A stretch of 64,000 bases of DNA. Origin: Macrostomum hystrix (lineage: Eukaryota > Animalia > Platyhelminthes). The stretch covers positions 18,414,001 through 18,478,000 of the forward strand of contig CATNEN010000039.1 in assembly GCA_950097015.1 (NCBI GenBank), given 5' to 3'. Made by a program: the position numbers and the translations under genes. Positions 54,466-64,000 of this stretch are shown one piece after another (the first letter of the stretch is position 1; every line of letters starts with the position of its first letter). The notes under the pieces were generated by a model, which had not been told where the DNA came from, searched no databases, and saw nothing but the letters and a program-made list of their open reading frames with translations.

Positions 54466-54794
54466 TTCCAGTTTTTCAATAGGCTTTTCTAGATTTTAAA
54501 TCATTGCATTGTGCTTATAATAGGCATAATGTTCTAACTAGTAATTTTTTATTGATCATTGATCATGACTAATCAGAAAATTTTAAGTCGTAGCTGGTAT
54601 TTTATGTTTTTTGTTTTATGCTGCGTTTAAATGTAGTTTTCTGTTTTTCGTTTTTAATATATACTTTTAAGATGTACTAGACAAGTAGTTAAGTGCTTTT
54701 TCTGTTCTAAATTTAAAGAAATTCAATTTAGAAAACCTAACAAGATCCTCATTAATGACCCCCATGACATAGTTAACAATATCTGACTTTGGGC

Positions 54795-55160
54795 CTTAAT
54801 GACATCAGATCAATGACTCTAATGTCATCAGATCAATTACCCTGATGACATTAGATTAATGACCCTGAAGACATCAGATTAATGACCCTGAAGACATCAG
54901 ATTAATGACCCTGATGACGTCAGATTAATGACCCTGAAGACATCAGATTAATGACCCTGATGACGTCAGATTAATGACCCTGAAGACATCAGATTAATGA
55001 CCCTGAAGACATCAGATTAATGACCCTGATGACGTCAGATTAATGACCCTGAAGACATCAGATTAATGACCCTGATGACGTCAGATTAATGACCCTGAAG
55101 ACATCAGATTAATGACCCTGATGACGTCAGATTAATGACCCTGAAGACATCAGATTAATC
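54795..55160. repeat. 23-bp minisatellite upstream of the periphilin-like CDS
   Basis: GATTAATGACCCTGAAGACATCA alternating with GATTAATGACCCTGATGACGTCA. Confidence 0.95.
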
Positions 55161-55201
55161 ATCCAAAGTAAAATGTTCCAGCGCGGAGAACAGACAGTGC
55201 A

Positions 55202-56587
55202 ATGAGCGCCAGCGATCACATTCCTCCTTCACTGGTGGCGCCGTCTCGCCACTGCATCTACATTCGCGGCCTGTCGGCCAAGCTGCGCGCTGATGATGTC
55301 AGGCGGTTCTTTGTTGACAAAGAGTACAACTGCTCGATTGACTTCTTCACCTACACCAACAATAAGAGTCTGCTAAGTGTGGCCTTGCGCTTTGATTCCC
55401 ACGACATCGCCAGGGAGATGATGCAGAAGTACGACGACAACAATCTTCTGGGCTGTCGGGTTAGCATTGTCTGGTTTCGCAACATGTTGAAGGCGCGAGA
55501 ACGCGTGCGCGCGGATCCGGAACTGCGAGAACGGCTTCAGAGAATGGGCGCCGGCGGGTTTGCCAACAGGTCGAACTACGGCGGAGGCCGCGGTAGCTCT
55601 GGCCGCAGCGGATTAGGTAGGCCTTACGGATATGGCCATCAGCAGCATCAGCAGCAGGCGCACTATTCTAATAACAGCGAAAGTCGAGGCTATCGTCGAT
55701 CCCGATCTAGATCCCAATCTCGATCGAGAGTTAGATCGCATTCAAGATCCCAATCTCGAGATTGGACTCGATCCAGATCCAGATCCCAATATCGATCCCA
55801 GTCTAGATCCCGTTCCGGGTCACAGTCGAGGTCTCAGCAGCGGTCCAGGTCCCGGTCTCCGTCCCGCACTCCGTCTGGCAGCGGTTACAGGCAGCAGCAG
55901 CAGCAGCAGCAGCTGTCGTCGCCGCCGCAGTTTTCAGATTCCCAGCACATCAGCAGGGATAAAAAGCGAAAAAAGCACAGAAAGAGGCGCAGAAGCAGCA
56001 GCGGCGGCGGCGGCAGCGGCAGCAAAAGCAGCGCCAGCAGCATCAGCAACTCCAGCCGGCATCGTCGTCCGCACAGCAGTCGAAGGAGCAGCCGAAGCAG
56101 TCGGCCGGGTCGATTTGATGCAGCCGTTGGTGGCAGCGGCGACCGGCTGTCGCCTTTACAGCCTCCGCCGCCTCCACCGTCTCTGCCGCCAGCGCCGCCG
56201 CCGCCGCCGCCGCAGGAGTCGCCGCCGGATTCGCCGCACCTGCCACCGGCGCCGCCGGATTCGGCTTTGGCCAACTCGTTGGCAGCCGCTGCTGCCGCAG
56301 CCGACGCGGCCGACGCTTCGCCGGGTAGCAGCGCCGGAGCCGGGCGCGCCCTTTCCGAGTCGAGTCTGCGCAAATTGCGCCTGAAAAAAACCGAATTAGA
56401 AGAATCCTACAGGCAGGACTGCGACACCTTCACCATTGTGGTGAAGATGCTCATCAGCAAGGATCCGCAGCTGGAGATTCGGATTCGGGCAGCCCTGAAG
56501 GAGACTCTGCGCGAGATTGGCCAGCAGTGCGTTGAAGAGCTGCGCGACTATGTGCGCCATCTTGATGATAATCAGGCTGCGATCTGA
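55202..56587 (+). CDS. RRM + RS-rich + periphilin-1-like C-terminal domain protein (461 aa, single coding exon)
   Basis: N-terminal RRM-like fold (IYIRGL..DVRRFF..ALRFDSHDIA..LLGCRVSIVW), RG/RS and Pro-rich middle, C-terminal YRQDCDTFTIVVKMLISKDPQLE..ALKETLREIGQQCVEEL matching from memory the PPHLN1 motif YRQDCETFGMVVKMLIEKDPSLE. Confidence 0.88.
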   Translation: MSASDHIPPSLVAPSRHCIYIRGLSAKLRADDVRRFFVDKEYNCSIDFFTYTNNKSLLSVALRFDSHDIAREMMQKYDDNNLLGCRVSIVWFRNMLKARERVRADPELRERLQRMGAGGFANRSNYGGGRGSSGRSGLGRPYGYGHQQHQQQAHYSNNSESRGYRRSRSRSQSRSRVRSHSRSQSRDWTRSRSRSQYRSQSRSRSGSQSRSQQRSRSRSPSRTPSGSGYRQQQQQQQLSSPPQFSDSQHISRDKKRKKHRKRRRSSSGGGGSGSKSSASSISNSSRHRRPHSSRRSSRSSRPGRFDAAVGGSGDRLSPLQPPPPPPSLPPAPPPPPPQESPPDSPHLPPAPPDSALANSLAAAAAAADAADASPGSSAGAGRALSESSLRKLRLKKTELEESYRQDCDTFTIVVKMLISKDPQLEIRIRAALKETLREIGQQCVEELRDYVRHLDDNQAAI

Positions 56588-56859
56588 GGCAACTTGGCTT
56601 TGCAACCGCTTAGCGACGTGGCAATATTTGGTTGCTAATACTGTTGCTTTTGAGACTGAATCACTTTACTTTGTCTCTCTAGTTTTGTTAGAAAACTTTC
56701 TTTTTTAATTCGATTCTGTGTGTGGTTAGTGCCTTTGTTCTATTTCAAACAACATCGGATAAATGTGCTGTGGGTAACTGGGACATGTTATCGATTGGTG
56801 GATCAGTTGGCCTGTGGCTCATGAGGTGGCCATGTGACCTCTCTTTCACCATAGTCATA

Positions 56860-57857
56860 AAAAGTGGATCAATTGATTTTTGTCACCTGTGTCATAAAAG
56901 GCGGTCAATTGACCTTTCTGTCACCTGTGTCATAAAAGGTGGTTAATTGACCTCTCTGTCACCTGTGTCATAAAAGGCGGTTAATTAACCTCTCTGTCAC
57001 CTGTGTCATAAAAGGCGGTTAATTGACCTCTCTGTCACCTGTGTCATAAAAGGCGGTAAATTTACCTTTCTGTCACCTGTGTCATAAAAGGCGGTTAATT
57101 GACCTTTCCTGTCATCTGTGTCATGAAAGGCGGTCAACTGACCTCTCTGTCACCTGTGTCATAAAAGTGGATCAATTGACCTCTCTGTCATCTGTGTCAT
57201 GAAAGGCGGTCAATTGACCTCTCTGTCACATGTGTCATAAAAGGCGGTTAATTAACCTCTCTGTCACCTGTGTCATAAAAGGCGGTTAATTAACCTCTCT
57301 GTCACCTGTGTCATAAAAGGCGGTCAATTGACCTCTCTGTCATCTGTGTCATGAAAGGCGGTCAATTGACCTCTCTGTCACCTGTGTCATAAAAGGCGGT
57401 TTATTGACCTTTCTGTCACCTGTGTCATAAAAGGTGGTTAATTAACCTCTCTGTCACCTGTGTCATAAAAGGCGGTTAATTGACCTCTCTGTCACCTGTG
57501 TCATAAAAGGTGGTTAATTGACCTCTCTGTCACCTGTGTCATAAAAGGCGGTTAATTAACCTCTCTGTCACCTGTGTCATAAAAGGCGGTTAATTGACCT
57601 CTCTGTCACCTGTGTCATAAAAGGCGGTTAATTGACCTCTCTGTCACCTGTGTCATAAAAGGCGGTCAATTGACCTCTCTGTCACCTGTGTCATAAAAGG
57701 CGGTTAATTGACCTTTCTGTCACCTGTGTCATAAAAGGCGGTTAATTGACCTTTCTGTCACCTGTGTCATAAAAGGCGGTTAATTGACCTTTCTGTCACC
57801 TGTGTCATAAAAGGTGGTTAATTGACCTTTCTGTCACCTGTGTCATAAAAGGCGGTC
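56860..57857. repeat. 38-bp minisatellite
   Basis: About 26 copies of CTCTGTCACCTGTGTCATAAAAGGCGGTTAATTGACCT. Confidence 0.96.
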
Positions 57858-59327
57858 AAGCATCTGTGCCATATGTGGGGACGGGGTCATATGACCTGTC
57901 TCTATCACGACTGTTATTTATAGTGTGGTCAGTTGACCCCTCCTGGTCAACGAAGTCATTGTTCGTTAGTTTATTTCTGGCTCCTCTCATTCAGCTTTTT
58001 TATAGATCTATATTAATCGGATCTCATTGGAAATGTCGCGGAAATTTTCAATTTTTCCTTACGTGCAGCTACTGTATTTGTATGAATATCTACAATCAAC
58101 TCCTTAATTTTATGTACTTAATAAAGTGTGCCAGTTATTCGAGTATATATTATTATTTATATGTCCGCTTAAATATATGTTAAGGAAATTAGTTTCAACC
58201 AAAAAGCTTGTTCTAAATAAGCTAGTATAACGTTTACTCGCTTAAATCAAAACACTTGTAATGCTTGTAAATAAATATTTTTAGTTCCACTTTCTTGACA
58301 GCAATACATTTTTTAGATGTTTCGTCTTTTTTTATTTGCATCCCAATTGCTGTGCGCTGCTATTATATATTTATTCTAAATGCTAATTTATTTATCACTA
58401 ATTCTATTGTTGTACGAGTAGTCGAGTACATGAAATTATCAATTCGACTCCACGAGGATTCGTTGCAATTACATATAACATTGTAGTCAGCACCAATAGT
58501 TAGTCATTTTTGCTCTGTTTTATGCTTCTCTTGTCTGTTTCGATAAACTTTAAATTGCGCTGTTTGCAGCCTTAATTCCTGACAGTCTAGTAAAATTAAC
58601 CGTTCGGCCCCACTTAACTTTCGTCTTCAGCTCTTTGCATTCTATAAAATAAATTACTTAATAGCGCTGAAAACGCGCTTTTTGTTACTTGCCTCGTTAC
58701 TGCAGTTTCATCTATCGTTAATTCTATAAGAAAGGACTTTAAGCGGTTTGTGTTTCGTTTTTTCTCCTTAGTTTAAAGAACACGTGTGATTAATTAAATA
58801 GAAAAAAATGCCGCTTGTAATCTTTGTATAGATGGTGTGTCTACTGCCACAAGGATGATTAGAATCAGCTTTTCTCTTAAAATAGACAGTGAAGAGTTGA
58901 TACTTGCGAACCCATCGCTGAACAAAATTAGTCATTTCTTGTTCAATTTAAATCCTTGAAACGTACTCCTTTTATTATTATTATTTTTTTTATCCAATAT
59001 AAAAATTATTCAAAATTATAAAAACAAACAAGTTTTTGCATTGTTAATGTAGTTATTTTTGTTTATTGTTTAAAAACGAACAAAATGTATAACCTAACAA
59101 TTTGACTACCGCTAATCATGCAATTTTAGCGAAACGGTTCACGCTGTCCATGTCTTGGACTCTAGGTGTGTTACCTTGCAAGTTGCTTGCTGATGATAAG
59201 CATTGGCTTGTCTGGTTTTAAAACTGCATAGAGATAAGTACTAACGTTTTTATTTGTTAAATTCCAAATGCCAGTTTTACAAGGTAAATTTTCGTATTCT
59301 CGAGGCACTTTTATTGTTAAATGTACT

Positions 59328-62300
59328 ATGATCTCTGTCTTCGTTTTTTTGCTTCCCATCGGCTCTTTAGCTGTTTCATATCAGTGCAAAGATAGCTACT
59401 TTCAAAGTAACAAAAGAGAAATTATAACAACTGAAGAATCTATAGCTAATGGTGCTGTAGCATTGAAGACGCTTCATGCTTCATCATTACAATCTTGTGA
59501 GATGGCCTGCTGCAAGTACTATGGATGCAATGTTGCTATATATGAAACCACTGTAAGTATTTCTCCTAAGTACACATATTTTGTACCGTATTTTATTTTT
59601 AGTAAGTTAAGGAAATTAAGACTTGTCATGAGATAGCTTGCTATTTGAATAATTAAACCTTATAGGTTTAGCTTTTATTGTTCTCATATGTCAAATTTTA
59701 AATATAAACTGATTCTTTTTTAAAAGGCAAAAAATAGCCCACTGTAATTTTAGCTACACATTTTTGTTTATATAAAACAAAATGAAAATATATAAATTCA
59801 AGACTTTCAGAGAAAATGTTTTCAGTACTGTATATGCTTAAAAAGTTCTACTTAAATACCAATGAATATTCAAGCTAGACCCACTTTGTTTGGTTGTTGA
59901 AAACCTGGAAAATTTCTACTTAGCAATATACATTTTTAGCTTTTTTAGCATTTGCTATTATAAGAAATAAAGAATAAACAATATAAAAATTATATAATAA
60001 AAAGTATGTTAACTTAAAGCAAATATGTTTAATCACAGTTCTTGCTTAAACAGATACATTATATTAAACTTAATCATGTTATATATTAAATATTTTCATA
60101 CTGATCGTCTAGTAATGTGTCATATAGGCTCCTATAAATTTCTTTTTAGACAAAGAATCTTTGCTACCTATTCAACTGTGGCGAGGATGCCAGCCTGTGT
60201 GAATTCAAGCAGCATTCACGATACACTGCCAGTATCAGAATCAGCAACAGACTCAAACCATTTGAGCATGTGCCTGGCGAATTGAATGTGAGGGTCATCA
60301 AATGGCACACACAGCCAACTGCAGAAACCACTGCTACATGTGAGTTCAGTAATGACTAGTTTATGTGAGCTATTGTTTATTAATTACAGATTGAACCTTG
60401 GGGAATTAAAATCACTTACAGGACACTCAAGATTGGTGTAAGTATTAAATCTGTGTAAATGAAAATTGTTTGTTGAATTTTTTCGTCGACTAAAACTAAA
60501 ATTATTTTTTAAATTCAATGTCATTCAATTGTCTTCTGTGCATGTAGCACTAAAATTGCAAAATGAGTATTATTGTTTATTGCTTCAGATTTTTTGTAAG
60601 CTACTTTCTTATAAATGATGTGTTATTTTGTTTAAGTGTATGTCGATATAAAAAATTTGTGCGAAATAAAAAGCATGAAACATGACTTTGCAGCGCATGT
60701 TAACCTTAAAACTAAAGTGAAAATATATTGCCCAGCTAATCATTATTTTCTAACTTAACTTACAAAACGTAAACCTTTTACCTATAGCATAAAAATACAA
60801 ATTAGTTAACAAATCTAACCACTAACTCAAATTAGTTGCTAGACAGCTGCGTGCTCACAGGCGGCAGCAGCAGCAGCATCCCTGGTGCCCCCACCCGCCA
60901 GACATGCAGTTCCAATGCAAAGATGCCAATAAATTCCCGAGCTGCGTGGCCATCTACGATCGCTGCGACGGGTTTCCGCAGTGCGGTGACTCCAGCGACG
61001 AGGCCGACTGCTCAAAGTTGAGCGGTGAGAAATCCTGCATCAGACAGAAGAATCCCCACTTGTCAAATATTGTCAGAATAATACTCGCTTGTCAAATATT
61101 GTCAGAAGAATCCTCAGTTGTCAAATCTTGTCAGAGGAATCCCTACTTGTCAAATATTGTCAGAATAATACTCGCTTGTCAAATATTGTCAGAACAATCC
61201 TCACTTGTCAAATATGGTCAGAACAATCCTCACTTGTCAAATATGGTCAGAAGAATTCTCACTTGTCAAATATTGTCAGAAGAATACTCGCTTGTCAAAT
61301 ATTGCCAGAAGAATACTCGCTTGTCAAATCTTGTCAGAAGAATCCTCAGTTGTCAAATCTTGTCAGAAGAATCCTCAGTTGTCAAATATTGTCAGAAGAA
61401 TCCTCACTTGTCAAATATGGTCAGAACAATCCTCACTTGTCAAATATGGTCAGAACAATCCTCACTTGTCAAATATGGTCAGAACAATCCTCACTTGTCA
61501 AATATTGTCAGAAGAATACTCGCTTGTCAAATATTGTCAGAAGAATACCCGCTTGTCAAATCTTGTCAGAAGAATCCTCAGTTGTCAAATCTTCTCAGAA
61601 GAATCCTCAGTTGTCAAATCTTGTCAGAGGAATCCTCAGTTGTCAAATCTTGTCAGAGGAATCCTCAGTTGTCAAATCTTGTCAGAAGAATCCTCACTTG
61701 TCAAATCTTGTCAGAAGAATCCTCACTTGTCAAACTTTGTCAGAAGAATCCTCACTTGTCAAACTTTGTCAGAAGAATCCTCAACATTGTAGACCTCAGC
61801 GCTTAAGCTAGTATTAAAAGTATTTATTAACGGAAAATAAAGGAAAATGGCTAACCATTGTTTATCTGTAGAATAACCTCCATTTTATTCTAACGAAACA
61901 ATTAAAATTTGATTGGCAGTCTAATTAATCACTATTGGCAGAGTGGCAGAGCGGTCTTGTGTGATTCCCTCTCGCCCCAAGGTCAATGAGCTCGTGTCCG
62001 CGGCGAGGCCTTATTCATTTGTCGCTATGAGGGGCTAGCCTGTAAGGAACAATGAGATTATACCTGCGTGAGTAAAATGGGCAAAATTGTTATCTAAAAT
62101 CTCCACTTTTTGTTGAGCTCCTTTGAAACAATCGCACCTCTCGAGAACGTCGAAATATCCAAAGAATCTGGCAGAAGCTTCAGTAATGCATCCTTAGTAC
62201 GGACTTCATCACTTCTGAATTTCATCAGCTTGTCAAATGTGATATTTTTTGTGTTAAAGCCATTTGTTAAAGCCATAACTCAGAAAATTTAATGAAATCA

Positions 62301-62937
62301 AGTTTAGAATAGAATTTCCGTCAAAGTTAAATCGTCTAAATGTTTTCAGATTCGGCTAGCAAACGCGCGCCAACCTCCAGCGCGACCGAAGTAGTTAAAG
62401 ATTGTAAGTACTTTATCATGGCCGATATGTATAGAAAAAGTTGAATTGTGACTGTTTTGGTAGGCGTGTTTTAAAAAAGAACTATTTATTTTTCACTGTA
62501 AAGGTAAAAAAAATATCTGGAATGCATAAAAAGCTTGAGCTTGAGGTTGAGCAGTTTCCCTGAAAAATTGAATTCGTCCGATATGTATAGAAAATAGCAA
62601 GTTCAGTCCTTTGTAGTTTGTAATTTTGGTTTGTAAAAACAGCTTAAATAACCATTTAGATGTGGTCAGGCAGGGCGGACCGCCTCGTCCGCCGCCAACG
62701 CCGCCGCCTCCTCCGCCGCGACATTCTCTGGCGGACTCGCTAGCCGATCGGTATCATCAGGCGCGCGCCACTGTCATCGGCCTGGGCGTCGCCCTGGCCC
62801 TCACAATCGTGGCCATTGTTGCGTTGGGCTGCCGGCTTCGCCAGCTCAGGTCGCAGTTCGGAGTCGGTCGTCAAGGTAAGCTGCGCAGCCGCATGGTTGA
62901 CGATGAAGACTATTTAATCAACGGGATGTACCTGTGA
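59328..62937 (+). CDS. LRP11-like type I membrane protein: MANSC/MANEC + LDLa + TM (about 311 aa, 5 exons)
   Basis: Exons 59328-59552, 60150-60339, 60836-61024, 62350-62403, 62660-62937. IITTEESIANGA..CEMACC..CNVAIY..CYLFNC (MANSC); FQC..CVAIYDRCDGFPQCGDSSDEADC (LDLa); TM; C-terminal DYLINGMYL. Start could be 59268. Confidence 0.9.
61040..61785. repeat. 29-bp minisatellite, LRP11-like intron 3
   Basis: TTGTCAAATATTGTCAGAAGAATCCTCAC-like units. Confidence 0.95.
61936..62015 (+). mobile_element. Degenerate tRNA-derived SINE head (family A-like)
   Basis: GAGTGGCAGAGCGGTCT..GAGGCC resembles 26371-26450. Confidence 0.4.
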
Positions 62938-63494
62938 GCTCGATTTCATTTCCATTTCCATGTCAGTTTCATTTCCGAATGCTCCGCTAATGCTATTTAT
63001 GCTACTCACATTAAGCTTCGCTAGTAGTATCCACCGCATTTTATTGTCATTATAACATTATATCGATGAGAGTATATTTTTGGCCAATAAAATATCAGTT
63101 CCCATTTTACGAACAATCATTTTTTTATTCCTTATATGTTAATTGTTTACAGAGCTGGAAATTGTACTTACTGCCTTTGCTACATTATGCTAGTGGTACT
63201 ATGTGCAGTGGTACAAGTGCTTCTAATTGTGTTTTTATCGTTTTTTAAACATATTGTGCTTTTTGTTTTATCACACTGAGCAAATTGTTTCCGTAGCGTG
63301 ATTTGTTTATTTAGTCGGATTTTTTCAGCACATATTTAAATTTAAGTGCAGAATCATTGGAGTACCTTGTGTTTTTAATAAAGACACTAGTTTCAAACTA
63401 GACAATTAAACTTTCCAAAAAATGTTTTTAAAACTTACATTTTTCGTAAAAAAGTGTTTGCGTACCGCTGTTCCAGTGATTTTTCAATTCAGAA

Positions 63495-64000
63495 AGCTGA
63501 CGATTTCTGATTGGCTAGGAGATTAAGTAAAGCAAAATAAAGATGAAAATACCTGATTGGCTATGAGATTTGTTGGTTCTTGGCACTTCCTACACTAAAA
63601 TATGACGATCTCTGATTGGTTGAGAGATTCATTAATTATCGCTACTTACACATCTAAAGATGGCGATCTCTGATTGGCTGGAAGATTCAATGGCGCCTCT
63701 TCACTATTTGCGTAAATATGATATCCTCCGATTGGCTGATTAAGAGATTGGGGTTCTTTTCGCAAGCTGACGATTTCTGATTGGCTGGGAGATTTATTAA
63801 TTATCGCTACTACACTTCTAAAGATGGCGATCTCTGATTGGCTGGAAGATTCAATGGCGCCTCTTCACTATATGCGTAAGGATGATATCCTCCGATTGGC
63901 TGATTAAGAGATTGTGGTTCTTTTCACAAGCTGACGATTTCTGATTGGCTGGGAGATTTATTAATTATCGCTATTTACACATCTAAAGATGGCGATCTTT
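63495..64000. repeat. About 164-bp tandem repeat built from GATTGG-containing subunits, runs off the window end
   Basis: GCTGACGATTTCTGATTGGCTGGGAG recurs at 63766 and 63930; three GATTGG per unit. Confidence 0.88.

Noticed and set aside
52508-57857. CRISPR-like appearance of the 23-bp and 38-bp arrays
   Set aside because: Head-to-tail repeats with no unique spacers, no cas genes, eukaryotic context.
61025-61811. Extension of the LDLa ORF to 300 aa and overlapping ORFs
   Set aside because: Donor at 61025; the remainder is a 29-bp intronic minisatellite.

Overview
Eukaryotic (animal) genomic DNA, gene-dense and packed with minisatellites. The style (GC-rich exons, a different 13-38 bp tandem array filling many introns) suggests the flatworm Macrostomum or similar; that assignment is inference. 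I reconstructed 9 gene models by hand, checking GT-AG sites and phases where spliced, plus one weak ORF: MFSD8-like MFS transporter (+), ankyrin-array/STE-type Ser/Thr kinase (-), tandem-SH2 adaptor (+), SSUH2 homolog (-), a hypothetical ORF (-), Amt ammonium transporter (+), GPI-type Ly6/uPAR protein (+), endosomal NHE6/7/9-like exchanger (+), RRM-RS-periphilin-like protein (+) and an LRP11/MANSC-like receptor (+). There are also two decayed IS630/Tc1/mariner elements, two tRNA-derived SINE families and about 30 tandem repeats. Most long ORFs in the supplied track are satellite translations. Top leads: (1) an ankyrin array of near-identical 213-bp units that vary almost only at the ligand-binding positions, fused to a kinase and head-to-head with a double-SH2 adaptor, a possible diversifying innate-immune receptor module; (2) an invertebrate periphilin (HUSH subunit) C-terminal domain fused to an RRM/RS region.
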